Source: a virus | Lineage: Duplodnaviria; Caudoviricetes | IMG/VR virus record: IMGVR_UViG_3300020472_000030 | Coordinates: 1 to 56,874 of that record | Length of the DNA stretch: 56,874 bases | Strand: one strand, 5' to 3' | Shown here: piece after piece, positions 44,401 to 54,630 of the stretch | How the letters are laid out: each line of letters begins with the position of its first letter | Numbering within the stretch: position 1 is the first letter of the stretch | Translations under genes and position numbers: made by a program | Notes under the pieces: model-generated | What the model was told of the DNA's origin: nothing | Database searches by the model: none | The model's input: only the letters and a program-made list of their open reading frames with translations

Positions 44401-45473
44401 TGCAAAACGCGGTTGATACTGCCAAAGAAGAAGCAGATGCAGCAGCTCATACTTATTTATTAGAGTATGACAAAATAATGACAGCAACCGAAGATGCCTA
44501 CAGAAAAGACCGGGGTATAGCAAAAGATACGGCTTTAACAAGAGAACAAAAATATGACGTAGGTGAAATAGCTGGAAAAGAATTAGCGGGCCCAGGAGCA
44601 GCTTTTGATACGGCTCTGGACGACGAAACAGCAGCTAATAATGCTTTAACGAGAGAACAAAATAAATTTCAAGCAATTATTGGGCAAAACGAAGAAAAAA
44701 TTAAACAGCTCACGATAGACCTAGAAATGGTTGCTATAGGGGATCGTAATAAAATTTTAGCGCAGTTAATTGCAGAGGCGAAAAAGGATGGTTTAACTGC
44801 AGATGAAATGGATATCGAAGCTCTTAAAAAACAAGCAGATGAAATGAATAATTTAGCCACTTTAGCAGAACAGAAACAATCGCTTTTTGATAGCATTGAA
44901 GGTAGTATGGAAGGAGCTTTTGCAAGTATAATAGAAGGGTCAAAATCAGCAAAAGACGCTTTTGCTGATATGGCAAAATCTATTATTAAACACATTATAA
45001 AAATGGTTGCAGAAATGATGGTTGCAAAAATTCTGTCAAGTAGTATGTTCTCTTGGCTAGCCCCTGCTGGAAAAGACGGAGGAATAAGTCCTGGCCTTAA
45101 AAAGGGCGGAATTATGCCAGCTTATGCAGGCGGAGGCTACTCAGCAGGACCGAAAAGAAATTTTAGTAGGGGAGGAACCGCAAGAGGCCCTAATTCAGGC
45201 TATAATGCTATTCTTCACGGAAATGAAGCAGTAGTTCCTTTACCTGACAATAGACATATTCCTGTAGAAATGAAAGGTGGAGGAGGACAACAAAATAATG
45301 TTACTGTTAATGTTACTATGAACGGTGACAGCGCGGGAAATACTACATCATCTACAGCAGGAGATAGTGCACAAGCAAGTAAGCTAGGAGATATGGTTGC
45401 AAAAGCAGTTCAAGAAGAGTTGCAAAATCAAAAACGTTCGGGCGGAATACTTAGCCCATATGGAGTGGCATAA
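41475..45473 (+). CDS. tape measure protein
   Basis: 1332-aa helical, Ala-rich protein; position. Confidence 0.92.
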   Translation: MAKNQVYIDVVIDDKGTTKRVAVNAKKLGIELEKSGVAADRAATGQDKIAKSARDVDRNMRGAANMTSNSTKQYSKMQQGMGGLVGAYATLAAQVFAVSAAFQFLQNASDFKNLVAGQEALGTVTGVAYKTITHAMIEATDAQLKYIDAARAAAIGTAAGLSSGQLTGLAEAAKNASFALGRDLTDSMNRLVRGVTKAEPELLDELGIILRLEPATEKYAQKIGKAREELNAYERTQAVANEVLGQAERKFGAIAELMDPSATALARFTKSFDELINIFKVGLIEGLTPILKFLTDNTMALVATLTLLGTPILKAILPNLALMRESAIKLGKVYEEQADKFEAAMDRQTAALEGQVAARKKAVAGAEADAKKALGKRDDAGTGGLGWLTGGAAGKANKGAATRILNNARKEMDQHGKILTGKLAGYNRQQLADLERAYAKKVQASKIATEKIIGHWQRAGLQIKRVGNSVMLGWNKAMVGMQTASRVAAVAMNSIFNVMAIAGIIAMIWEAGKALMNFIKPVNEALERQKEIVDELQRKYNQLGVEMGNAQKARKTLLTGTEQASSRGQSMASFDMPAFLENIDTLSNMTKGSEEFNKLQGTLMKALLAASKLDTRFVALADNIRNGEQVTKSQAERMTQLANEIINTGQIIDRLPETLQAADAAFVSLTSNFVKTTPMQEYLEIQQKAIDAQIVNLQEADRGQQALGKEIAKQIKIRQEQAKIDTEYWNNNKSLVARAVGGLNKFNKLTDAAQSKWRDLFGIEDLTKGSSYLSDEELANTKKTRIEAVDRVNDEIKALGKLRTEQQQIQKHETQRLNIQKERIRLEKAASDLASLGITKQGELNNLAQQEFNISKPYLKAQEDLNKAQTAITLNKIKGVKAGSDEDKQAQEVLRINTEQHRVAKLRYDLEMLRHNFLKAEIELQEKLLAGKIRIHELDRDTRRSEERSKDLSVFGSGRGNPIVAQAERKEKLRRLQNAVDTAKEEADAAAHTYLLEYDKIMTATEDAYRKDRGIAKDTALTREQKYDVGEIAGKELAGPGAAFDTALDDETAANNALTREQNKFQAIIGQNEEKIKQLTIDLEMVAIGDRNKILAQLIAEAKKDGLTADEMDIEALKKQADEMNNLATLAEQKQSLFDSIEGSMEGAFASIIEGSKSAKDAFADMAKSIIKHIIKMVAEMMVAKILSSSMFSWLAPAGKDGGISPGLKKGGIMPAYAGGGYSAGPKRNFSRGGTARGPNSGYNAILHGNEAVVPLPDNRHIPVEMKGGGGQQNNVTVNVTMNGDSAGNTTSSTAGDSAQASKLGDMVAKAVQEELQNQKRSGGILSPYGVA

Positions 45474-46069
45474 TGGCAATTGGATTTACCGTAACAGGGG
45501 TAACTGATAGAAAAATTGTTCCTGATAAAAATTTCTCAATTTCTAGTACTCCTAGGGTTAGGTTACAGAGGTTTGGAGACGGTTATGAACAGCGTTTAGC
45601 TGAAGGAATAAATAATAGAGTAGATACTTTTTCGCCAACTTTTACAAATCTTCCAAAAGCAGAAATAGATGATATACTTGCTTTTTTTGATACACAAGGG
45701 GGAATTACAGCTTTTAACTTTACATACCCTGATACTAACTCAACGAGTACTGCCACGGCAGTAGTAAGTGGAGCTGTAAGCAATACAACAGCTATTACTC
45801 TTACTTCTTCAACAAATAATTTAGATATTACTGTAGGAGCATCTATTACAGGGACAAATGTTACAACAGGCCCGGCTCCCACAGTTGAAAGTATTTCAGG
45901 AACAGCTTTAGTTGTTAATACGGCACAGAATAATGTTAGCGGCACTTTAACTTTTACAAATCCAAATGAAAGAACTGTAAAAGTAATTTGTGAAACTTGG
46001 AGTACAGCTTACACGAGTAGTGACTATTATTCTCTTCAAGCAACATTTAGGAGAGTGTACGAGCCATGA
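45473..46069 (+). CDS. distal tail protein (lambda gpM-like) with insertion
   Basis: FGDGYEQR..GIN, FF..G..F.F, ATFRRVYEP. Confidence 0.88.
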   Translation: MAIGFTVTGVTDRKIVPDKNFSISSTPRVRLQRFGDGYEQRLAEGINNRVDTFSPTFTNLPKAEIDDILAFFDTQGGITAFNFTYPDTNSTSTATAVVSGAVSNTTAITLTSSTNNLDITVGASITGTNVTTGPAPTVESISGTALVVNTAQNNVSGTLTFTNPNERTVKVICETWSTAYTSSDYYSLQATFRRVYEP

Positions 46070-47265
46070 GCCAAGAACTGGGAGTAGATACTCTAAAGCA
46101 AGAAATCAATAGTGGGTATTTAGAATTTTATGAGTTAGTTGTAGGGGAGGGCTCTAATAATACGCTATATTTTCATGACGGTAAAAATGAAAATGCTGCA
46201 GATATACAGTATGATGGTAATACTTATATAGCAATACCAATTTTAATAAACGGTATAGAAATAAAAGGAGACGGAGCAATTGCTAGGCCTTCTCTTACTG
46301 TTGCTAATGTTGAGTCCTTAATAAAATCTAGTTCAAAATTCAAAACACAAATGGCGGATGGTACTTGGGGAGCTATAGTTGATGGAGTTCCTATTACAGC
46401 AAATGATTTCAAACTTGATGATTTAATTGGGTCAAGAATAACTAGAAGGCGGACTTTAGAAAAATATTTAACTAGTGACCCACTAGTTGAGTTCCCCAAA
46501 GACATATATATTATTGATAGAGTTGCACAGAAAACTAATCAATTCGTTACGTTTGAATTAGCGCCCCCACATGACCTAGGAGGAGTACGTCTACCTACTA
46601 GAAATGTTATTGGCAAATATTGTCCGTGGCGATATCAAGCAGCAAGAAATGGTATAGTTGCTTCTGATCGTTCTGGAGCATGTACTTGGGGAGAAGTAGA
46701 TCAAATTAAAAAAAGCGACGGTAATACTGTAAGTGTTTTTGTAACAGTAGATGATGAACCAATAGTAGGCAAGGCTACTATAGAAGGTTTAGGTTCTTAC
46801 TCTTCTAGTTGGTCTTCAGGCAACTCTAAAGCCTTGAACGATTTTGTAAAACATAATGGAGTTTATTGGCAGTCTAAAAGCGCCAGTAATACAGCAGAAC
46901 CAAGTGAAGCTAATTCGGTGTTTTGGCAAATATGTAGAGTACATACAACTTGGGCAGCGGATTCAGGAAGTACTAATTATACAGTAGATACCGATCCTCG
47001 TAAAAATAGCTATGTATATCATAATAATACTATTTGGAGAGCTACTACTGCACATACTAAAACTGCAACTTATACTCCTGAGCTAGGCTCAACACACTGG
47101 GCTCGTGCAGATGTTTGTGGAAAGTTATTACAATCCTGTAAAATGCGATATCAAGCCAAAGGAGTAAATACTAGCACAGGATTGTCTTTCCTTGCTTCTA
47201 CTGAATACGATTCAAATGTTACTCTTCCTTTTGGAGGTTTTCCTGGAAGCAGAAAGTTCAGTTAA
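46066..47265 (+). CDS. minor tail protein L-like
   Basis: RPSLTVAN, CPWRY, DVCGK...C..R, LPFGGFPG. Confidence 0.9.
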   Translation: MSQELGVDTLKQEINSGYLEFYELVVGEGSNNTLYFHDGKNENAADIQYDGNTYIAIPILINGIEIKGDGAIARPSLTVANVESLIKSSSKFKTQMADGTWGAIVDGVPITANDFKLDDLIGSRITRRRTLEKYLTSDPLVEFPKDIYIIDRVAQKTNQFVTFELAPPHDLGGVRLPTRNVIGKYCPWRYQAARNGIVASDRSGACTWGEVDQIKKSDGNTVSVFVTVDDEPIVGKATIEGLGSYSSSWSSGNSKALNDFVKHNGVYWQSKSASNTAEPSEANSVFWQICRVHTTWAADSGSTNYTVDTDPRKNSYVYHNNTIWRATTAHTKTATYTPELGSTHWARADVCGKLLQSCKMRYQAKGVNTSTGLSFLASTEYDSNVTLPFGGFPGSRKFS

Positions 47266-47966
47266 TGGATTTTTTAGAAGAAATAAGAAAGCATTTTGAA
47301 GAGGCCTACCCCAAAGAAGGGTGTGGTATACTAGCAGTTGTAAAAGGAAAACAGAAATGGTTTCCTTGTACAAATATAGCAGACGAAAATAGTCACTTTA
47401 TAATTGATACACAAGAGTATTTAAAAATTGCCAGAACTTCAGATATAATAGGAATAGTACATAGTCATCCTGATGAGTCTTCAAAGCCTTCTGAGTTGGA
47501 TATTAATACATGTAATGCAATGGGTAAAAAGTTCTATATTTTTAGTTACCCAGAAATGGATCTAACTATCGTAGAGCCCGAAACTGATACTGCGAATCTT
47601 TTTGGACGAGAGTATGAATTTGGTAAGGCTGACTGTTTTGAGGCAATGAGAGACTATTTACTTACTCAAAATATAGAAATACCTCCTAGAGCTATGTTTG
47701 TTGAAGATTATTGGGATAAAGGTATTGATTATTTTTACGAAGATATGATAAAAAATTGGGGCGGTTATCCGGTGGATATAAATACAGATTTACAAGTAAA
47801 TGATGTTTTAATTTTTAAAGTATTTTCGGAGTTAAATAATCATTGTGGAGTTTATTTAGGTAAAGATATATTTTATCATCATGCAGAAAATCAATTGTCT
47901 TGTAGGGAAAATATTTATCCAAGATGGCATAAATGGTTAGTAGGAGCTTATAGATATGCAGCGTAA
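47265..47966 (+). CDS. tail assembly protein K-like (JAB + NlpC/P60)
   Basis: EGCG, HSHPD..PSELD, DC, HCGVY. Confidence 0.92.
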   Translation: MDFLEEIRKHFEEAYPKEGCGILAVVKGKQKWFPCTNIADENSHFIIDTQEYLKIARTSDIIGIVHSHPDESSKPSELDINTCNAMGKKFYIFSYPEMDLTIVEPETDTANLFGREYEFGKADCFEAMRDYLLTQNIEIPPRAMFVEDYWDKGIDYFYEDMIKNWGGYPVDINTDLQVNDVLIFKVFSELNNHCGVYLGKDIFYHHAENQLSCRENIYPRWHKWLVGAYRYAA

Positions 47967-48642
47967 TGTTTACTTAGAGGGAGAATTAGGAGAGCGTTTT
48001 GGTACTCAAATGTGTTTTGAGGCGCCCACAGTTAAAGACGCGCTAAAACTAATAGAAGTAAATAATCCTAGTTTTCGAAAATATTTAATAGATTGTCATG
48101 AGAAAGGTGTTCAATTTCATATAGATGTAGCAGGAGAAGAACTAGAATATAACGAAGAACTTTTACTCCCTTTACATGAAGGAGATATTACTATTACTGC
48201 CGTACCTGAAGGGGCTGGCAGCGGGTTTAAAAAATTATTATTAGCAATAGCAATTATAGTGGTGGTAGTGGCTACAGGGGGCTTTGCAGGTCTTGGCGCA
48301 GCTGCTCCAGCCACCACTGGTTGGGCAGTCGGTGCCGCAGGGGCTCTCTCAATTCCAGGAATGATACTAGTTGGTTTTACAATGAGTCTTGCTATGGCGG
48401 GCTTGACAGAAATGATGGCTCCAGATCCTTCTGTCGATTCTGATCAAGAACAATCATATCTATTTAATGGAGCAGAACAAAATATTATTGAAGGGGACCC
48501 TGTACCTGTACTATATGGTCAATTACGAGTTCCTGGTAGACCAATCGGGTTTTCCATAAAAAATGCTGTTCCAAACTACGGAGGAATGGGAGCAAATGGA
48601 GTGCCCGGAGCAGGTAGACATGGCTATATTTTTCCTTTTTAA
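47956..48642 (+). CDS. tail assembly protein I-like
   Basis: V.L.GELG.RFG, SYLFNG, GDPVPVLYG. Confidence 0.9.
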   Translation: MQRNVYLEGELGERFGTQMCFEAPTVKDALKLIEVNNPSFRKYLIDCHEKGVQFHIDVAGEELEYNEELLLPLHEGDITITAVPEGAGSGFKKLLLAIAIIVVVVATGGFAGLGAAAPATTGWAVGAAGALSIPGMILVGFTMSLAMAGLTEMMAPDPSVDSDQEQSYLFNGAEQNIIEGDPVPVLYGQLRVPGRPIGFSIKNAVPNYGGMGANGVPGAGRHGYIFPF

Positions 48643-48645
48643 ATT

Positions 48646-51600
48646 ATGAGTACTCAAGCAGGAATAAAAGCAAGCGATAGACGAGCAGGACAACCTACTA
48701 AAATAAATTTAGTGGGAGGCGGTGCTACGTATCAAGAAATTTCTATCACTGATATGATCTCAGAGGGAGAAATTGAAGGATTAGTAGAGTCTGGTTCTAG
48801 TATCTTTATGAATGAGGATCCTTTATTTGATATAAGTGAAGTTCCTAATGCTAATAACTCCGGAGTGGTAGCTACTGGTACTTCGGGAGCCTCTACTTTA
48901 ACATTAAATAAAGCTATCTCTCAAGTTAAAAGTGATTCTTCCGATTTATTTATAGGAGTAACATTCAGAGCGAATGTCAGGCTTTCCAATAAACAGTATA
49001 TTGATAACGGCGACACCGTTCCTGTAGGGCTAAAGTGCGACATGGTAGCTAGTAGTAACCACTTTTATTCCACTATGGAATTTGATTCTAGTGAAGGAAA
49101 AGTCTTTTCTTTTTCAAACTTTCATCACGGGGTTGCAGGGATAACATTAACCCTTGATAGTGGAGCGGTACTGCATGGTCATATGTCAGACTATACTAAT
49201 GCTACAACGGCTGAATTTACTTGTCTGTACGTAAACGGTGTAGACTCTTTCATTAATGACTCAGATTTTGTTCAGAGTCCTCCAAACCAGCATATACTAG
49301 ATATTACTTCATGGTATAAAGTACAGTCAATATCTGGCACCACCGTTACATTAGCAGCCGCATTACCAATGTCCTATGATAAGAAACAAATAATAGTATC
49401 TGGTGATTTTGAGGTTGAAAATGCTGAGAGTAAAAAACATCCCGGAGCAAGTTTTCATTTTAGAACAGGAACTTTAATACAGCCTCCCGTAGGAAAAGAG
49501 GGAAATGTAGGTAATACTACAACCGGTCTGACTTTACCGGCGGGAAATCTGGTAAAAAATAGTGCAAAAACTATAACTACTGCGGCCCTCACGGGCGCGC
49601 AAAAAAGAGAAACAGATTCAGTAAGATTTAGTATTCGATACCCTTCTGGTCTTTATGGTTATGATGACTCAGATGGCGATGAGTTCCAAACAAGGACTGC
49701 ATATAGAGTTGAGCTAGGAATTAAGCGAAGCGGTCAAAGTATGCAGTATTTTAAAATTGATGGAAATATTTCTGCTTCAACTTCTAGTTATCTTTCTGGT
49801 AACTCTACAGAGGCTCTTTTAGGTCATTGGGCATTAAAAAAATCTGCAATTTCTTTTCAGCATGAATTAGACTTAACTCCATACCAGCCTTTTGAAGATT
49901 TTGCAATACGTATAACTCGATTAACAAATCATGGAACTATTGATGATGGAGCAGATTATCAACGCCCTCATAGATATGACTTACGACCAGAAACAAAAAG
50001 TAAGTATAAATTAGTAGGCGGAGCAGTAATTGATTCTGCTGTAGCTATCATACAAGAAAAGTTAAATTATCCTTATACTTCTGTTGCAAGTATTAATTTT
50101 AACTCTAAGGTGTTTGCCGCTGTTCCTAAACGCTCATATGAAGTAAAAGGCTTAAAAATAGAGGTTCCTTCTAATTATATAACAAGAGACGAATATCGAT
50201 CTACAAGCACAGTTCCAGGAGGTGTTGAAGCGGTATATCAAAGAAACCTTACTACTGGAGCAGATGCGGGCTCAGAACAAGCATGGGACGGCAACTTTAG
50301 GGATGAAAAAGTATACTGTAATAATCCGGCATGGGTTTTCTATGATATTTTAACTAATAATCGATACGGTTTAGGTGCTTGGTTAAAAAAGCAAGAAATT
50401 GATAAATATTCTCTTTATAAAATTGGAAGATACTGTGATGAACTAGTTTCCGATGGAAAAGGAGGAAAAGAGCCTAGATTTACTGCCAATCTTTATTTAA
50501 CTAAAGCAACGGATGCTTACAAAGTTCTTAAAGACATGGCAACAATTTTTAGGGGTATGTTGTACTGGCTTGATGGAACTCTTATACCTGTAATTGACGA
50601 AAAAAGAGAGCCGGTTTATAACTTTTCAAAATCAAATGTAATCAACGGAGCATTTAATTATGAAAGCACGGGCAGTAAAACCCGAGCAAATCAATATATA
50701 GTAACTTGGAATAATCCAGAATCCCAATATAAGTTAGAACCTATAATTGTAGAAGATCGCGATAATATTATTAGAACAAATAAAATTATAAAAGAGACAG
50801 CGGTTGCATTTGGCTGCACTTCAGAAGGACAAGCACTTCGTTATGGTCGTTGGAAACTTTGGACAGCCATTAATCAAACAGAAATAGTAACTTTTCAAAC
50901 AGGAATTAATGCGTCTTTTTTAACTCCTGGAGATATTATAAATATTACAGATGATAGTGATTATAATATTCCTTTTAGTGGTCGAGTAAGCTCTTATACT
51001 GAAACAGGAGGAAATCTATTAACTCTTGATAGAGATATAGATGGGCATTTATCTACTTCGGGGTATACTTATACGCTATCTTTAATAGTACCAAAAGATA
51101 CTGCTGTACTTAACCAAGCATCTGCAACAATTAATTCCTCCTCTTATTCTAGAGGGGATATTGTTACTACAGCAAGAACTGTGCATAATGGGTCACAAGT
51201 TACTTTAATTGATACAAGTGATACCGCACAAACCGAATTAAATCTTGTTAGCGCTTTAGATGATTCTAACGAACATATTAATTTATTACGAAATACTTCC
51301 ACTATTGTACAAGAAAGAACCTTAACAGGGAGTACAACTATTAATGGTGTTGGCTGTACAGTTCCTAGTGCTGCCACGGAGGGAAAAACTACTCTTAGTC
51401 TTACTGTTGCTTTGGACGAAGTTAGTGCGGCTGATTTGAAAGAATCAATTTGGGCAATAAAACAAATAGATACAGGGGCAGGTAAAGAAACAGCCTCTTC
51501 CCCAAAAGAATATAAAATTCTAAGCATAGCTCAGGATGACAATGGTGCTTTTACAATAACATCAGTAGAATTTTATAATGAGAAATTTGATGACATAGAA

Positions 51601-54219
51601 AACGATTTTAATCTAGCGGTTGACGATCCTGTAACTCCTCCCGAGCCTGATACAGCTCCTCCCGTACCTTTAGGACTACGCATTCTTAGAGTTCCGGACA
51701 GAAGAAAAGCAGGGGAAGAAATATTAATTGAGTGGGATGAGCCAGCAAATTATGATTATTTAGCAGGATACGAACTTAGGCACAATTTAAGCGAGGATTC
51801 TGAATTTCAAGATGTATTTATACCTGTAACGGGTTCTCGATCTAGAAAATTTACAGGTATTGCTGATGGTGTATACGAAATTTATGTAAGATCTATTAGT
51901 AACTTTAATAAAAGATCTAAGCCCGCTGAAACTAAATTAAAGGTCACAGATTATTTTGGTGGAGGGGTACGAACTCGCGGAGTCCTAATAGGGGGATTGT
52001 GCTCCCAAGCTTTAGAAGTGAATACAACTACGGGTGCGGTATCTTTTGCAGCAAATTATAATATAAGTCCTCCTGAGGGCTCCTCTACAGAGGACGATAC
52101 TGCGGCTTTTAAATCAAATAATACTTCAAATGCTTCTTCTCGCACTCATACTGTAACAGGACTAGCCAGTGGTAGTTGGCCAGGATGGAAAAATGCCAGC
52201 AATGTTAGAGGGGCTAAGCTGCTTTATGATTACTCTAATGCAGACCATGCAAGTAATGATCCAATTAGACTTGTTGCTTGGAAAAGAGATGATGATTTAA
52301 ATGTTGAATACTTTTATGACGCAGATAAATATATTGCAAATGCGGCTAGTATATGGACAAATCTATCCGGTACAGTAGCAGTTGCAGCAAATTCAAATAA
52401 AGTAGTAGGATCAGGAACAAGTTTTAATAGTTTAGATATAACTAGAATATTAAAGTTTTCGTCAACTAAAGCGGCACGGATAGCTTATATTGAAAACGAT
52501 ACAACATTATATATTGATAAGGTTTTTGATTCAGCAGTTAGTGCAGGTACTACGGCAGCAGCAGATGAGTTAGCTATAGATTATTTACAGGACTTCTTTA
52601 TTGCAGATGTAACATATAATCCTGCAAATAGTAAGTATGCTATGAAGTCTCATGTTACTCAAACAGATTCTTTAATAGGGCTATCGGGAAAAACAGTAGT
52701 TTTAACATCGGATGATTTTTCTATAATATATGATGAAGAGGGTGGAAGTCCTGTATATACAAGTAGTGGAAGTAGTCGAATTATATTAACAGCAACTCCT
52801 TATAATTTTACAGATCCATTGTTTAGGTTTACTTTTGCAGGAACAGCAGGTAATTGGGTAGATACTACAAATACCGATGCTGCTACTTATACATTCTATG
52901 AGCCTGGAGGATCAACTCCAAGCATTCCTGCCACTTACAATAAAGCAGACTGGCCCAAAGTAGTAAAAGTAGAAGCGGGAGAAAAGCCTGCGGGCTGGAG
53001 TTCTGGGGCTCCTGATGAAGTTTCTGCAATAGATAGTGTTTCTCTTATCGGTGTTAAAGTAGGTAGTGGTGGTGTTGCCCTTTCAAATCCCAATTCAGCA
53101 CATACATACTCTGTTCCGGCAGGGGGTGCCGCAACAGGCGTCTCTATAGAGGGAACAACTCTTGAGTTAATTGTCGGAGGAGTAGTATATGACTATATAG
53201 GAAAAACAAGTGGATGGAGTTCAGGGGACCCTCTTGCGTCTGGACAGAGCCTTGATAATAAAGAATGGTACATTTCAGGAATAGATATTACTACAGGAGG
53301 CTCGGGAAATTTAACCCTTGGAACCCCTACAAGCGAAGCAAATGATATAGTTACTATTGGTAATCATACAGGAGTTTCAGGAACTCCTAGTGTAGTTGTT
53401 GTAACGTATACAATAACTTATAAACAGGCTGGAGTACAAAAGACAATAAAAACTACCCAGTCTTTAACTAAATCTATTACTGGAAATACTGGCGTTGGAA
53501 CTAATGGGTTGGATGGAACTAATGTTACTTTAACGCCTTCCTCTCCTGCGGTTACTTATACTTATGATGGAACAAACTGGGATGCTTCTGTTGCTTCCGT
53601 TACAATAACGGTAACTCCAGACGGAATAACAAGTCCTAGTTACAGTTGGTCTGGTGCAGGGTCAGGTACAGGAGCTGTAAGAACTATTTCTTTTGCCAGT
53701 AATCTAGCGGAAGGAAATATTCCAGCAGCTCAAACCGCATCCGTAACAGTATCAGGAACAAAATCAGACGGAACTACTAACTTTAGTCAAGCTCATAGTA
53801 TGACAATTCCTGTTGCAAAAGCACATAAAGGTACAGACGGAACACCAGGAGGACCCGGGTTTTTCTTCTTAAAAAGATCAGGAACAGGAACAGCAACGGG
53901 AACACCAGGACAAGAACTAGGCGAACCATCTAGTAGTGAAATTGCAAGCCCAGCAGACGGACATATAGCTATTGTAGAAAATAGTGCAAGCCCTCCTGCT
54001 CAAAAAGCATATAAACACGATGGGTCTAATTGGGGTTCATCAGGAACTTTTATTTTTGCTGACATAATAGGTGCAAATGCAATCGGAGCCAGTCAACTAG
54101 CAATTTCTAATGCTTCAGCAGGATCTGCAGGTATTTATATGAATACCAATTCTGGAAACCCACTAATCGAAATACATGATGGCCAAAACTACCGCGTGAA
54201 ACTTGGTTATTTAGGCTAA
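48646..54219 (+). CDS. central tail fibre/host specificity protein J-like
   Basis: ISEGEIEGL, NNPAWVFYD, EPRF, GCTSEGQA.R.GRW, FN3-like domain. Confidence 0.92.
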   Translation: MSTQAGIKASDRRAGQPTKINLVGGGATYQEISITDMISEGEIEGLVESGSSIFMNEDPLFDISEVPNANNSGVVATGTSGASTLTLNKAISQVKSDSSDLFIGVTFRANVRLSNKQYIDNGDTVPVGLKCDMVASSNHFYSTMEFDSSEGKVFSFSNFHHGVAGITLTLDSGAVLHGHMSDYTNATTAEFTCLYVNGVDSFINDSDFVQSPPNQHILDITSWYKVQSISGTTVTLAAALPMSYDKKQIIVSGDFEVENAESKKHPGASFHFRTGTLIQPPVGKEGNVGNTTTGLTLPAGNLVKNSAKTITTAALTGAQKRETDSVRFSIRYPSGLYGYDDSDGDEFQTRTAYRVELGIKRSGQSMQYFKIDGNISASTSSYLSGNSTEALLGHWALKKSAISFQHELDLTPYQPFEDFAIRITRLTNHGTIDDGADYQRPHRYDLRPETKSKYKLVGGAVIDSAVAIIQEKLNYPYTSVASINFNSKVFAAVPKRSYEVKGLKIEVPSNYITRDEYRSTSTVPGGVEAVYQRNLTTGADAGSEQAWDGNFRDEKVYCNNPAWVFYDILTNNRYGLGAWLKKQEIDKYSLYKIGRYCDELVSDGKGGKEPRFTANLYLTKATDAYKVLKDMATIFRGMLYWLDGTLIPVIDEKREPVYNFSKSNVINGAFNYESTGSKTRANQYIVTWNNPESQYKLEPIIVEDRDNIIRTNKIIKETAVAFGCTSEGQALRYGRWKLWTAINQTEIVTFQTGINASFLTPGDIINITDDSDYNIPFSGRVSSYTETGGNLLTLDRDIDGHLSTSGYTYTLSLIVPKDTAVLNQASATINSSSYSRGDIVTTARTVHNGSQVTLIDTSDTAQTELNLVSALDDSNEHINLLRNTSTIVQERTLTGSTTINGVGCTVPSAATEGKTTLSLTVALDEVSAADLKESIWAIKQIDTGAGKETASSPKEYKILSIAQDDNGAFTITSVEFYNEKFDDIENDFNLAVDDPVTPPEPDTAPPVPLGLRILRVPDRRKAGEEILIEWDEPANYDYLAGYELRHNLSEDSEFQDVFIPVTGSRSRKFTGIADGVYEIYVRSISNFNKRSKPAETKLKVTDYFGGGVRTRGVLIGGLCSQALEVNTTTGAVSFAANYNISPPEGSSTEDDTAAFKSNNTSNASSRTHTVTGLASGSWPGWKNASNVRGAKLLYDYSNADHASNDPIRLVAWKRDDDLNVEYFYDADKYIANAASIWTNLSGTVAVAANSNKVVGSGTSFNSLDITRILKFSSTKAARIAYIENDTTLYIDKVFDSAVSAGTTAAADELAIDYLQDFFIADVTYNPANSKYAMKSHVTQTDSLIGLSGKTVVLTSDDFSIIYDEEGGSPVYTSSGSSRIILTATPYNFTDPLFRFTFAGTAGNWVDTTNTDAATYTFYEPGGSTPSIPATYNKADWPKVVKVEAGEKPAGWSSGAPDEVSAIDSVSLIGVKVGSGGVALSNPNSAHTYSVPAGGAATGVSIEGTTLELIVGGVVYDYIGKTSGWSSGDPLASGQSLDNKEWYISGIDITTGGSGNLTLGTPTSEANDIVTIGNHTGVSGTPSVVVVTYTITYKQAGVQKTIKTTQSLTKSITGNTGVGTNGLDGTNVTLTPSSPAVTYTYDGTNWDASVASVTITVTPDGITSPSYSWSGAGSGTGAVRTISFASNLAEGNIPAAQTASVTVSGTKSDGTTNFSQAHSMTIPVAKAHKGTDGTPGGPGFFFLKRSGTGTATGTPGQELGEPSSSEIASPADGHIAIVENSASPPAQKAYKHDGSNWGSSGTFIFADIIGANAIGASQLAISNASAGSAGIYMNTNSGNPLIEIHDGQNYRVKLGYLG

Positions 54220-54231
54220 TAGTAACCACCG

Positions 54232-54272
54232 AAAAAATAAAACTTGACTATTAATGTCCTTTGAGATATAAT
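54232..54272 (+). promoter_or_regulatory. sigma70-type promoter
   Basis: TTGACT-N17-TATAAT. Confidence 0.8.
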
Positions 54273-54291
54273 TTCAAAATGGAGAAAATAC

Positions 54292-54630
54292 ATGAGCGCA
54301 GGAACATATAACTTAGTAATCGACCAAGGCTCCGACTTTGCTCTGGACTTGGTGATTAAGCAAGCAGGAACAGCTCTAAACTTGACCAATTACTCAGGTC
54401 GAGCACAGCTGCGAACTTCCGTGGCGGCTAGTTCTGCGTCGGCTACGTTTTCTGTAACTGTAACTAATGCGACCAATGGCGCATTAAAAATGCAATTACC
54501 AGCAGCCACTTCTGCGGCTTTAACGGCTGGACAGTATGTTTATGATCTAGAGATTTATACAGCGAATGATTCTATTGTTAAGCGTATTGTACAGGGGAAC
54601 GTGACTATTACACCTGAGGTAACAAGATGA
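54292..54630 (+). CDS. BppU-like fibre attachment protein
   Basis: IDQGSDF, YVYDLEI, RIVQG.VTITPEVT. Confidence 0.7.
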   Translation: MSAGTYNLVIDQGSDFALDLVIKQAGTALNLTNYSGRAQLRTSVAASSASATFSVTVTNATNGALKMQLPAATSAALTAGQYVYDLEIYTANDSIVKRIVQGNVTITPEVTR

